The translations under genes and the position numbers were made by a program. Of a stretch of DNA of 64,000 nucleotides, positions 12,713-25,232 are shown piece by piece. Source of the DNA: Octopus vulgaris (Eukaryota); contig OX597817.1 in NCBI GenBank assembly GCA_951406725.2, forward strand, positions 57,412,001 through 57,476,000, read 5' to 3'. Position 1 is the first letter of the stretch. Each line of letters starts with the position of its first letter. Below the pieces are notes generated by a model. It saw only the letters and a program-made list of their open reading frames with translations, was not told the origin of the DNA and did not search any database.

Positions 12713-13090
12713 GCTTTCTCCAACCCTTCAAATATTCTCCTCATTATACCATACATATTACATTACTCATGCTATGTCATTCATAACTTACACCCACTCA
12801 TGTCAATGTGCTCATATCATTCAAGTTACACCACACACATTTCATTACTCACATTACATCACTTGCATCAAACCATCACCATTGCACTTCTCCCATTGTT
12901 AGTTTGTATAAGTGATCCTGTTAAGTCTGTCTGATGTGATTATAGTGGTGGTGGTGGTTATGAATGAAGGTGAGATAAAAATCATTCAAAATAATTAAGC
13001 AATTAGTAACAGAGTGACTTTAACTCATCAAAGAGACATTCTTCTACTGTATTCAAGCCCTGGACTGCAACAATGCTAGGGATACCACCT

Positions 13091-13283
13091 TTAACCCTTT
13101 AGTATTTAAACCGGCCATATCCGGCCAAAATAGCTAATCTGTTTTATGTTCAAACTGACCAGATCCAGGCTCTCACACTTACCCTACAATGTTATTCTAC
13201 ATTAGGTAATTACACCATCAAGATCTTGAAGACATGAGAAAATACATGATTAATTCAAATCAATGGGAATCAATAAGCATTAT
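13091..13283 (+). mobile_element. TTAA/CCCTTT piggyBac-type MITE, partial
   Basis: TTAA|CCCTTTAG terminus; reverse-complement homolog of 59331-59740. Confidence 0.65.
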
Positions 13284-13296
13284 TAAGGATTATTAA

Positions 13297-13505
13297 GGCA
13301 GTGAGTAAACAGAATCGTTAGCTGGACACAACGGTTAGCGACATTTTGTTTGTCTTAATGTTCTGAGTTCAATCTCCACTGACATTGACTTTCTCCTTTC
13401 GGGGTTGATGAAATAAGCACCAGTTGAACAGTGAAGATGATGTAATCGCCTTACCCACTTCCCCCCAAATTGCTGGCTTTGTGCCAAAATTTAAAACCAT
13501 TATTA
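13297..13505 (+). mobile_element. SINE family A, (ATT)n-tail type
   Basis: Diverged head, B-box, core and GCTGGCTTTGTGCCAAAATT..(ATT)n tail. Confidence 0.75.
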
Positions 13506-14403
13506 TTATCATTTGTGATGCCACCACACATTTTGTAGAACATTGCACTAATTGCCCTGCAGAATTTAACAATGATTCAGTCCTTTCATAGTCTGCATTT
13601 AACTGAGGTCAAAGTTGCTTTCCATCCGTTTTTCTTCTTTTGCCAAACAGCAAAAGCACCATCACCACCACCACTACCATTCTGGTATGAGTTGGATGGT
13701 TTGACAGGATTCAACAGCTTAGGGGACAGTGGTGAGCTGCAAGGTCTGCTTTGGCATGATTCCTATAGCAGGATGCTCTTTCAGTGAAGATAAAATACAC
13801 AGCCATGGAATGGAATGGAATGGGAGTGTCAATATAATAAACCATAATTCCCCAACCCTCACCCTTTTGCTCCTATCTTAGTCATCATTATTATGACATG
13901 AACCAATTCAATAATGAAGACGTAATTAACACCTTCTCCTCAAATTTAGGACTGAATACCAATGTTGCTTTTTTTTCTCATATCGTTCATTGTTTTTTTT
14001 GTTTTCGACAGAAATGTTGTTACGGATTTTCATCAGGTTAATGAATCACTGATTTTCAGCATTTATGATAAAAGCAAATGACAACACACACACATCCCGT
14101 TGTGGCGAGTTTGATAATTGTCAAGACTTCTCAGCATGAAACCAATGGTAGCCTTGTTAACCCACAAAATACAAACACATATGCTGGTGCCATATACCAA
14201 GTACCTAGTTACGTTGTAAAGTGGTTGGCATTTGGCTGTAGAAACCAAGCCAAGACAGACATTGGGGAATGATGGTGGCCCCTGGCTTGATAGTTCCTGT
14301 CAAATGGTACATCGCATGCCAGTATGCAAAATGGATGTTAAACGGTGATGATGATGATGACATATATATACATACATACAAGAACATATACATACACACA
14401 CAG

Positions 14404-14630
14404 CAAGCTGGCAGAAACGTTAGCACGCCGGGCGAAATGCTTATCGGTATTTCGTCTATCGTTACGTTCTGAGTTCAAATTTCGCCGAGGTCAACTGTGC
14501 TTTTCATCCTTTCGGGGTTGATAAATAAAGTACCAGTTTCACACTGGGGTTGATGTAATTGACTTAATCCCTTTGTCTGTCCTTGTTTGTCCCCTCTATG
14601 TTTAGCCCCTTGTGGGTAGTAAAGAAATAT
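14404..14630 (+). mobile_element. SINE family A
   Basis: Close match to the 54271 copy. Confidence 0.85.
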
Positions 14631-15694
14631 ATATACACACACATACAAGTGTGTGTGTTGTGTGTTAGTGTAAAAGGTCCTCTTTACTCTTATTGAAGAC
14701 ATGACAACCTCTGGTGTCATGAAGAAAGCGCTGTGCACATTCTGCAAAGTGGCTGGTGTTAGGGAGGGCATCCAGCTGTAGAGACCAGGACTAAAATCTA
14801 TGAGTGAGATGCAGCCCTGTGACCAATTTCGGGAAGCAGTAATGACCTGTTCAGCCTATTGCCAGTATGGAATGAGTACAGAAAATGATGATGATGATGA
14901 TGCTGCTGAACACATGCATACAACCAGCTTTTTGCAGAGTTCCTGTCAACCAAATTCACCAAGCAGGCATTGGTCAACTTGAGGCTTTAACAGAAAACAC
15001 TTGCATCTAAGTGTGCTATCCAGGAGGATTGAACCCAAAAACCCTAAGGTTTGTTAAACAGTCATTAAAAAGTACCACCATCACCAATACCCCCATGACT
15101 ACCCCTACCAATAAAATAATACCATTACTACTGTTCTATAGTTATTACAACTACCACAAATGAGGAGGCCTCTACATGGTCACTCAACCTGCAAGAAATA
15201 GCAGAAATCTTCCTCATTTTCTATCATCTTAAACAAGGAAGGTCAGTGCAATCTGATCTCCTGGGCCTAAAAAAAAGAGAAAAAGATGGAATGGTTGCAT
15301 GTGGAATGTCTTTGCTCATTGAGGAGGAGGGCAGATCTGGGTTTAAACAACAGCAAAAGTACTACCAACACCACCATCTCCATTACCATCAATATTTGTA
15401 TGAGAACTACTACCACCACCACAAAAACAACCATCAGTGCCACTACTACTACTACTACTACTACTACTAGCATTTAACTTTGTTATTATAAAGTAAGTAT
15501 ATTTATGTAATATTGAAGTAATTACTGAGAAGAGAGAGAGAGACAGAGAGAAAGAGAGAGAGATATACACAGCTCACCACCAGTGCACTACCTCCTCCTC
15601 CTCCTCCTCCTCCACACAATCTAAGTACAAAATGTGGTCAGTACAAGAATCTCTATATTCAATTAAGGAGCAAGAGAGGGATATGTCTGTCATC

Positions 15695-16090
15695 GGTGTA
15701 GGCATGGCTGGGTGGGAAGAAGCTCGCTTCCCAACTACAAGGCTCCATTGTTGGCACCTTGGGCCTCCTACTATGCCCTCTGGCCGATTAAAGCCTTGCA
15801 AGTGAATTCGGCAGAGGGAAACTGAAAGAAGCCTGTTGTATGTATAAGTGTGTGTGTGTTTCTGTCGATGTTTGTTCCCTCACCACTGCTTGACAACCAG
15901 TGTCGGTGTGTTTGCAACCCCATAACTTAGCAGTTCGGCAAAAGAAACTGGTAGAATAAGTACTGAGGTTAAAAACCAAAAACAAAAAAAAACAAAAGCA
16001 TTGTGGTCAATTCATTCGACTAAAAAAATACTTGAAGGCAGTGCTGCAGCATGGCCACAGTCTAATGACTGAAACAAATAAAAGGAAAGA
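15695..16090 (+). mobile_element. SINE family B
   Basis: Diverged full-length match to the 19081 copy. Confidence 0.8.
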
Positions 16091-16339
16091 AAACAGGATG
16101 GTGGGTGAATATTTTAGGGAAGAATAATGGTGGTGGTGGTGGCAGTGTGTGTGTGAGAGAGAGAGAGAGAGAAAGAGACAGAGAGATGCAACTGCCACAT
16201 ACTACAGGATAACACCACAGTCATACATGATATAATACTGGATAATACAGCTGTATACTACAGTACTATACTTAAGAGATGAGGAATTATGTACATTATT
16301 TACATTAGATGAATATTTGTCCTCATCTTGTTTGTTGTT

Positions 16340-16385
16340 AACACAGCGTTTCGGTTAATATACCCTCCAGCCTTCATCAGGTGTC
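16340..16385 (-). ncRNA. Minimal type I hammerhead ribozyme-like motif (degenerate)
   Basis: Minus strand GACAC-CTGATGA-A-GGCTG..TAACC-GAAAC-GCT-GTGTT; stem I GACAC/GTGTT can pair, stem II and cleavage triplet are mutated. Confidence 0.6.
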
Positions 16386-16571
16386 TTGGGGAAATTTCAA
16401 ACCTGGGTCCTCATTCCTAAAGTATTTTTCGATATTATTATTATTACTACTACTACTACTAACCCCAAGATTCTGAGTTCGATTCCAGGCAGTAACCTGA
16501 ATAATAATAATAACAACAACAACATTGAAAAATACCTTAGGAATGAGAACCCAGGTTCAAAATTTCCTCAA

Positions 16572-16614
16572 GACACCTGATGAAGGCTGGAGGGTATATC
16601 AGCCGAAACATGTT
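16572..16614 (+). ncRNA. Minimal type I hammerhead ribozyme-like motif (degenerate)
   Basis: GACAC-CTGATGA-A-GGCTG-gagggtatat-CAGCC-GAAAC-ATGTT; intact core and perfect 5-bp stem II, 3 nt missing after GAAAC relative to the other arm. Confidence 0.65.
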
Positions 16615-16864
16615 AACAACAAACAAGATGAGAACAAATATCCGCCAAATGTAAATAATGTAGATAATATAAATATACAGCTGTATATGTTATAACACTA
16701 TAAATCTTGCTTTTGGTAAAATTTACTAGGTTTTGGTGGGGATGGATTTTTGTTTGTAGAAGAATATTTCTAGCTCTACCAGTCATCTCACAAATACATG
16801 CACACGTGCACGCACACACACACACACACACGCACGCTAGATAACAAGAACTGTTATTAATCAA

Positions 16865-17040
16865 GAGGTTTAGTGTGACTGAGCAGACTTATGATCAATG
16901 ACATTCGAGTCATGATCATCCTACTTTCCAGTCAGGTACAGCATATCTTGGAGAACTTCATCCAGTGTGTTCATTTTCTTAAGATGAAAATGTATGGGTG
17001 ATTTGAGGGATATTTATCTTCTATTTCCAGCAGATTGAAC
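16865..17040 (-). repeat. Dispersed repeat family D
   Basis: Shares the CTGCTAGAAATAGCAGCCAAATCTCC..CAAATCAC-type motif with copies near 15180, 18835, 35080, 38970, 51800, 54690, 58465, 61740. Confidence 0.6.
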
Positions 17041-17090
17041 TCCTCCATACAGGCTTTCCACAATAAATTTTCATCATCATCATCATCGTT

Positions 17091-17600
17091 TAACGTCCGT
17101 TTCTCATGCTGGCATGGGTTGGATGGTTTGACTGAGGTCTGGGGAACCAGCAGCTGCACCAGGTTCCAATCTGATCTCATGATGTTTCTACAGCTGGATG
17201 CCCTTCCTAATGCCAACCACTCCAAGAGTGCAGTGGGTGCTTGTTACGTGCCACTGGCATGGGGGCCAGTCAGAGGTTACTGGCATCAGCCATGTTCAGC
17301 TGGTGCTTTTTACGTGCCACCAGCACAGGAGCCAGTCAGGCAGGCCTGGCATCAATCACATTCTGATAGTGTTTTTTACGTACCACCAGTTTGGGGGCCA
17401 GTCAAGGGGTACTGTCATGTGCCATGTTTGGATGGTGCTTTTTATGTGCTACCAGCCCGAGAGCCAGTTGGGGGATACTGGCATCAGCCAGTTAGGCAGG
17501 CCTGGCATCGATAATGTTTGGATAGTGCTTTTTACACGCCACAGGCCCAGGAACCAGTCAGGGGTTACTGACATTGGCTAAGTTCGGATGGTGCTTTTTT
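17091..17600 (-). mobile_element. Family C: RTE 3' UTR with about 6 internal 55-60-bp tandem units
   Basis: Recurrent GGTGCTTTTTACGTGCCACC..GCCAGTCAGG..CTGGCATC units. Confidence 0.85.
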
Positions 17601-18061
17601 TAAAAATTTTTTAAAGTTTTTTATTTACTAAGAAGTACCAAACTATAGTCATGTGTTTACATCTAGCTAAACACAGCATCTTTGGGCAGATATGTGGAGC
17701 CAATGTGAAAGCCAATGAATAATAATAAAATTCTACATGGAATTGAACCCAAATCAACACTTTTGCTGATTTCTTCTTCTTCTTCCAATCAGGCCTCACG
17801 CCATTAGCCACAAAGAATAATTTCTAATTTGAGCCTACTCTAAGCTACTAAGAATGCATATGGCAACTTGAAGATCCACCCACCACATGCGATAAACTGG
17901 CAGTTGCACGGGCGTGAAAGCTATGTTGTTATCCTCATTCTGTAAACGGTGGCTTTTAATGGGTGGAGAGCTGAACCATCCTGGGGTACAGAGGATTCGC
18001 AATCTAGACTAAGGCATGAAAGTTTACCACACCATAGTGGGTTACACCACGGTTCCTCTAC

Positions 18062-18251
18062 TTTGTGGCAGAAGTAGGAAGAAAGAGTGAGAGAAAGAGT
18101 ACAGTGGGGTTCACCCCTACCCCCTGCTGGAACCTCATGGAGCTTAGGTGTTTTTTGCTCAATAAACACTCACAATGCCCGATCTGGGAAACGAAACTGC
18201 GTTCTTACGACCACGAGTCCGCTACCCTAACCACTGGGCCATTGAGCCTCC
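18062..18251 (-). mobile_element. tRNA-derived SINE family E, 5' part
   Basis: Minus strand GGAGGCTCAATGGCCCAGTGGTTAGGG A-box and GTTTCGTTTCCC B-box-like head. Confidence 0.65.
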
Positions 18252-19080
18252 TTTGCTGATGTTGCAGTATACAGTATGTATTTAACCTAGTTTTCAGATT
18301 ACTTAAAGTGCTAACTCCTAGTGAGAACATATGCCAGGCAATGCACAAGATTTCAACTGAGTTTATTATACAGCGTTGTTTGTGTGTGGGTCATTCGGTT
18401 ACAGTAGAGAACCTACGAGAATGTACTCTTAGAGTGATTATATATTTATAGACTTTTGTTAATGATAGGTTAATGAAGTTGTGTGCTAACATACATATTT
18501 AAACACACAAAAAAAAAGACGTCATCAATCACTGCCCGAGTTAGTAAACATTATTCTTGTCAAAGACTGGCTTTCATTGAAGATTTTTTCTTTCCTTTTA
18601 TTTTTCGTTATTTTATTTTTGCCATTTTAGCTTTGAATTAATGATCTCAAGTTCAGGTGAGGAAGGCATTGATCAAGATATAAATTTTTTAACACAACAA
18701 AATCATTGTTTTCGTCATAAACCACAACCAGGTAGGTTTGGACGAGCAACAAATTGTTTTTTTTCTTCTTTTTTCTGTCTAGCTGTCCATCTCCGATCGT
18801 TACATCTGTGCTAATGGGAAAGATTATGCAACTGCTCAAACTGCTAGAAATAGCAGACAAATTTACCTAAATCATACCATACAAACTTAAGACAATGAAG
18901 TTACACAAATAAATGTAATGGTCATTTGATTGGAATGTCTTTTATGATAAGTTTAATCAGGGCCAACCAGAAATTATCTTTTTCAGATGGTTCCTTTAGA
19001 AATAGGGATTAGGGCAAATAACTCCCAGCCAGTCCACTCCAAGACTTAATGAAGAAGTAAGGTTTAGAAAAAGCTGCTGT

Positions 19081-19472
19081 AGGTGTAGGAGTGGCTGTGT
19101 GGTAAGTAGCTTGCTTACCAACCACATGGCTCCGGTTTCAGTCCCACTGCGTGACATCTTGGGCAAGTGTCTTCTACTATAGCCTCGGGCCGACCAAAGC
19201 CTTGTGAGTGGATTTGATAGACGGAAACTGAAAGAAGCCTGTGTACATATGTATGTGTGTGTGTATGTTTGTGCGTCTGTGTTTGTCCCCCCAACATTGC
19301 TTGACAACCAACGCTGGTGTGTTTACGTCCCTGTAACCTAGCGGTCCGGCAAAAGAGACTGATAGAATAAGTACTAGGCTTACAAAGAATAAGTCCTGGG
19401 GTCAATTTGCTCGACTAAAGGCAGTACTCCAGCATGGCCACAGTCAAATGACTGAAATAAGTAAAAGAGAGT
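19081..19472 (+). mobile_element. SINE family B, full length (tRNA head, CORE-like domain)
   Basis: TGGCTGTGTGGTAAG A-box, GTTTCAGTCCC B-box, CTTGGGCAAGTG CORE-like segment, internal (TG)n, AAAAGAG tail. Confidence 0.9.
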
Positions 19473-19584
19473 ATTTTATAAGGGTCAGTTAAGACATACA
19501 GAGCATGGCTGTCATGTGAAGTTGTTCAGTTGGAAGATATTAAGAAAATCTGAGGAAGATTAATAAAACATACTTGAGAGAGTT

Positions 19585-19950
19585 TGCCATTGTTTAACGT
19601 CCACTTTACCATCGGATGGACTTTTCTATGGCTGGATGCCCTTCCTGTTTCCAAGCAAAGTAATTTTACCCCATGGCGTGACATGTTTTCATGGAAGATT
19701 GGTAATGAAGGGCACTATCTGAATTCCAATACACTTCCTTGCAACTACAATGCAATGTCATGGGACACACACACACACACATACAATATGCTTCTTTCAG
19801 TTTCCATCAACCAAATCTACTCACAAAGCTTTTTTGGTCAGCCCAGGGCTACAAAAAAAGAAATTTCTCTATGGTGTCACATAGTGGGACTGAACCCAGA
19901 ACCATGTGGTTAGAAAGCAAATCTCTTACCACACTGTCATGCCTGCACCT
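19585..19950 (-). mobile_element. SINE with family B head and family C (RTE)-like tail
   Basis: Head matches B; 3' part has AGGAAGGGCATCCAGCC and GGACGTTAAAC. Confidence 0.65.
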
Positions 19951-20367
19951 ACAGAGATCAGGAGAGGTACCATGGGTGTCGTTAATAAGAAGAAAGAATT
20001 TGGTTGGTGCCAGAGTTAGGATTTCAGATTGATTGTAAACTAATTTCAGCAAATCCCTAAGGCAGTCTTGGAATGGTCCATCATTATTTTTATTTATTAT
20101 AGTTGTTTATTTTTTCATGGCCTGTCAGGTGAATATAATTATCAAGGCATTGGTTTTTACATAGACTGGATACTGTTCTTGTTGCCTACCTTTGTTTTTC
20201 AAGTAATAAATTTCATGTTCCTCATGTCTTTGAAAGTGCAAAAACAACAAATCGTGTTGATCAGAGGCAATGCCATCTTCACTGCTTGTAGCTGGGGAAT
20301 TATCAAAGAACACACACACACACCTCATTAAAGAGTGGAACAGACATTTTTCTTATAATTAATGATC

Positions 20368-20600
20368 CCTATTTCTTTACTACCCACAAGTGGCTAAACA
20401 CAGAGGGGACAAACAAGGACAGACAAACGGATTAAGTCGATTATATCGACCCCAGTGCGTAACTGGTACTTATTTAATCGACCCCGAAAGAATGAAAGGT
20501 AAAGTCGACCTTGGCGGAATTTGAACTCAGAATGTAGTGGCGGACGAAATACCACAAAGCATTTCACCCGGCGTGCTAACGTTTCTGCCAGCTCGCCACC
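20368..20600 (-). mobile_element. SINE family A
   Basis: Near-consensus reverse copy. Confidence 0.9.
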
Positions 20601-21420
20601 TTTTCTCATAATTAATGATACCTTTGAGTCCTAAAAGACTTTCGACCCTAAGTTAACCTGCAGTATTTTCCTTTTCCATTTAGCCATAACAATGTTATAT
20701 ATCAAGTTATATATCAAGAGACAACTGCTTCTCTACTTAACAGGAAGTCTTTGATACTAAAACAGGACAGTGATTAACTGGAAGATTGCTTAAAGAATAC
20801 TGATGTTATTGACCAGTCAGGCTCAATAATTTGGTTACAATGTTATTCTAAAATAAATTTAAAAAAAAGTTATCTTAATGGAAGATATAAAAGTGTAACA
20901 CACATTGCTTAATGTCGGTCAGATGAAAAAAAAAAAAATCACTGGAAATCAGAATAATTTTCTTTGTTTTTTCCTTTTTTTTTTAAAAAGTGCATCATTA
21001 AAGCCATTGTGTAATGAGGTTCCATTATTTCTGTGAGCGGAGATGAAATTAATTTTAAATCCATTATTAACTATTATTTCTCAACTCTCATTATACAAAA
21101 TTAAAAGATGACTTGTGAGCTAATTAGATTTCAAAGAACAAACAGAAAACGAAGTTAGATGAAACACGAAGCTCTGACAAAGCAGAAGGGACAGAGATTG
21201 GAAAGACATTAGAAAACTAATTGAGGGACGTAGTAATAACCGACATCCTTGAATACATTCATGTGTGCAGATGATAGGAATTGGCACAAATACAGATCTC
21301 ACACTGGTTTACACTCTTTTCTGTCTCGCTAGTTGGATAAATTGATTTTGACAAGAGTCGACAGAAGAGATTGGTCAAAACTAAAGTAGCTAGCCAATAG
21401 GGTTACAGTGGCTGTGTGGA

Positions 21421-21785
21421 AAGGATGAAAGGCAAAGTCGACCTTGGCGGAATTTGAACTCAGAACGTAGCAACAGACAAAATACCACTCAGCTTTTCGC
21501 CTGGCACGCTAACGTTTCTGCCAGCTTGCCGCCTTTCCAGGCTAAATATCTATTTCTTTACTACCCACAAGGGGCTAAACACAGAGGGGACAAACAAGGA
21601 CAGACAAAGGGATTAAGTCGATTACATCGACCCCAGTGCGTAACTGATACTTAATTTATCGACCCCAAAAGGATGAAAGGCAAAGTTGACCTCGGCAGAA
21701 TTTGAACTCAGAGCATAACGGCAGATGAAATACCGCTAAGCATTTCACCCGGCGTGCTAACGTTTCTGCCAGCTCACCGCCTTTC
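21421..21785 (-). mobile_element. SINE family A tandem pair
   Basis: Two heads, both followed by similar ..CTTTC(C/A)A(G/A)GACTAAATAT-like flank. Confidence 0.85.
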
Positions 21786-23611
21786 AAGACTAAATATATT
21801 ATTAAGTCTATTTCTGTCCCAAGTGGGAGTTTTTGAAACATTAAGTAATTTTTTGGAACGTCTTCAAAATTGTAAATAAAGTTATATTGTTCCTAAAATA
21901 CTTAATTGATTCCATTTTTAGCATTAATACATAGTTCAAAAGGTCATTCTAGACACCCCCCATGAAGAGAGTGTGTATAGGTGTAGTACACATGTCCAAT
22001 CGGCTGGATGCTTTTATAATTAGTAAGTTTGGGAAGGTATTGACCACAGACAAAATGAGCAACATTTCTATTCATCTTTATGGAGTTGAAGTGAAGAGAG
22101 GTCAGACAAGGTCAAGACTAAGCTAATGTCTTACACCCTCTCCCGGTGACAACTGTTGCAACTGAAGAAGCAAAATAAAGAATTCAAAGAAAAAGGTACC
22201 AACACTATCATTCGCTTGTAGGTCACCACAAGACTTGATCCCGACTCACAACCTGGCCTAAACTTCAATGAGAGAGAGGGAGAGAGAGAGAGAGAGATGT
22301 GAATGTATGGAGGACTGCATCAGTGTCTGGTTGGTACTTGTTGAAGTTGTGTAGACTGAAGCAGGATGAAGTGCTTTGCTGAAATATATAATGTATCACC
22401 CAGTTCAGGAGTTGAACTTGCCACCTTACAATCACGAGCTGAATACTCTGGCCACAAGGCCACACACACACACACACACACAGAGTGAGTGTGAGAGAGC
22501 AAGAAAGAGAAATGTGTATGATGACTGAGGAAATATGGTTAAACAAGTGATCCTTTAGTGTTCCTAAATTCAAATTTTAATTGGGTCACCCACATGTGCT
22601 CTTGTACAACATTTGCAATCATGGTTGTCAAACGGCCTGCATGACAACCAGTTCCATTGTCTCCTTCACACACAAGTGGTTAAAATGACATTGATCTGCA
22701 CAGACAACTGTTCCAACAATCATAAAAATGTCCAAATCTCCAAAAGTCATGCTAACCCTGCTCACATGCGCCTGCCAAAATGGACATCAGCACCAAAGAT
22801 ATATTTGGGTAGAGAAGTGAGAGAAGAGAGGAAATGTGATTAGCTGTGACATGAAGGCATTAAAAGACGAAATGAAACACCAAATTGAAGATGACAGGGA
22901 AAGAATGGAATCGGTGAATTCTACAGAGATGGACATAAATAAAGCAAGGAAAGGAAGTGAAGGAAATTTATAAATGGAAGATTGGGAAATACTGGTGAAC
23001 CAAACATTATTGATATCTCTTAAGTATTATTGAGCAGTGTTGATTGTTCAACCAAAACGTAGTTCTATGTATAGGTATGTGCAGGCATATACAAACACAT
23101 ACACATATGTATAAATGTATTTGTGGCAGTTAGTCTAGCATGAATGGCAAGACTATGGAAGCATTGTGGTGTCACAAATATAGATTATAATGCATTTGTG
23201 GCAAGTTATTCCACCATAGACACACTCGAGCCAGATCTCTCCACTATCTGCTTCAAGAACTCGTTCCCCACCCAACCGTTCTATTATAAGCATACATCAG
23301 GCAACATGCACACACGTGTGTATGAGGGTATACACATACACACAAATGCATTGTAGAATAGGAAACATATTTATCTTTGAACTAATGAAAAATGCTTTCT
23401 GGAATGGACAAATGAATTTACTACGTCACTGATTAGGACTAAAAGCTTTGTTATAGAAAACAGCAATTAAGGCTCGATGTGAACTATAGCAGAACTACAG
23501 CAAATAACTTTGCATTGTTACAAAATTTCATTCAAACTAATTGATATTGGATTGTTCCAGCAGCGGAGCGAAACAGTAAAAGTGCAAAACTATTTCTTTG
23601 CATAAAAATTC

Positions 23612-24190
23612 CATCTCATCATCATCATTGTCGTCGTTTAACGTCTGCTTTCCATGTTGGCATGGGTTGGACGGTTTGACTGAGGACTGGTGAGCCAGAG
23701 GCTGCACCAGGCTCAATCTGATCTGACAAAGTTTCTACAGCTGGATGCCCTTCCTAATGCCAACCACTCTGAGAGCATAGTGGATGCTTTTACGTGCCAC
23801 CGGCACCAGGGCCAGTCAGGCGGTTCTGGCAACAACCACGCTCAAAAGGTATTTCTTACGTGCTACCTGCACAGGAGCCAGTCAGTGACAACGCTTGAAT
23901 GTTGTTTTTTATGTGTCGGTAAGGCGACACTGGCAATGATCACATTTGAATGGTGCTTTTTACATGCCACCAGCATAGGAGCCAATCTGTGGCCCTGGCA
24001 ATGATCATGCTCAGATGTGCTCTTAATGTTCCATTGGCACGAGAGCAAATCAGGTGGTACAGTTATTGGCCACGCCAGCAATTTTGATTTGATTTCACTT
24101 GCCTCAATAGGTCTTCGCAAGCAAAGTTTATTATCCAATGAATGAGGGGTATTCATAAGTGGGATGGCTACATCCACTGGCATAGACCAC
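23612..24190 (-). mobile_element. Family C: RTE 3' UTR, long fragment
   Basis: (CAT)n tail, conserved block, internal repeats, and upstream UTR similar to 41360-41470. Confidence 0.85.
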
Positions 24191-24844
24191 GGTGTAGCTC
24201 ACTGGTTGAAATGCTTGGCAATATTTTGTCCATCCATACGTTTCGAGTTCCAGTTCTGCTGAAGCTGACCTTGTCTTTCATCCTTTCAGATGACAGTAGC
24301 CACACCAATTTAAAATATTATATGCTTCCTATAGGAATGAAAGCAGGCATCTGTTGCATTCCTATTTGACAAGCCAAGCGAGACCAAAGCAACACTGCCT
24401 CCCACCCAACCGCTCACACACACACACCCACCTTCTATAGCTTAGCTTGAACCATTCCCTCCATTTAACATCAGACTATTATCTTATCATGACAACACCA
24501 AAGATTGGAATCAAGTAAGACTGGAAGGCCATCTGACCATCATTATCATTTAACATCTTCTGCTTCTTCTAACACCAGTCAGTTATTGAGTTATTTCGTT
24601 TTTCTGAGGTCTGACAGCCTTCTTGGCACCAACTGGCACTTGCTTTCAAGTCGGGTACTCTTTCCCCCTTATCTGTCCAATGATGAACCATTCTATGGGT
24701 GGACAAGTCTCCACAGCAGATGCAGAGGAAGGCATCACCTAGATAGTGATATTGCTTATGCAGTGTGTAGAGGTTCTCAACCAATTTCCTTATGGCCCTT
24801 GGCGATCCACATAGAATTTTGTTAAAATTTGCATGCAATGAATT

Positions 24845-25232
24845 ATTCTTTGATTCTTTTTCGGTCATTTGACTGTGGCCATGCTGGAGCACCACCTATG
24901 GTCGAGCAAAGCAATCAGAGGGCTTATTTTTTGTAAGCTTATTACAAATTCTATCAGTCTCTTTCACCAAACCACTAAGTTATAGCGACATAAACACACC
25001 AACATCAGTTGTCAAGTGATGGTGGGGGTCAAATACAGACACAAAAACATATATATATATATATATATATATACGATGGGCTTCTTTCAGTTTCCATCTC
25101 CCAAATCTACTAACAAGGCTCTGGTCAGCCCGGGCAATAGAAGACACTTGCCCAAAGTGCCACAAAGTGGGACTGAACCTAGGATCATGTGGTTGTGAAG
25201 CAAGCTTCTTACCACACAGCCACGCCTGTGCC
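24845..25232 (-). mobile_element. SINE family B, full length
   Basis: Reverse match to 19081 with internal (TA)n. Confidence 0.85.

Larger units (their letters stand above)
16286..16668. mobile_element. Fold-back element (about 160-bp imperfect arms) with a hammerhead motif in each arm; probably Penelope-like-derived
   Basis: About 16286-16446 is the imperfect reverse complement of about 16500-16668; spacer contains GAGTTCGATTCC. Confidence 0.8.

Noticed and set aside
17230-17600. Repeat-spacer appearance suggesting CRISPR
   Set aside because: Eukaryotic context, whole units are homologous, no unique spacers and no cas genes
19081-19155. tRNA gene calls for SINE heads (also 18180-18251, 31937-32005)
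   Set aside because: A and B boxes are present but no intact cloverleaf is evident, and the heads run into SINE bodies
24570-24835. Unique segment with overlapping 106-108-aa ORFs
   Set aside because: No recognisable domain or splice signals; the minus ORF starts inside a SINE
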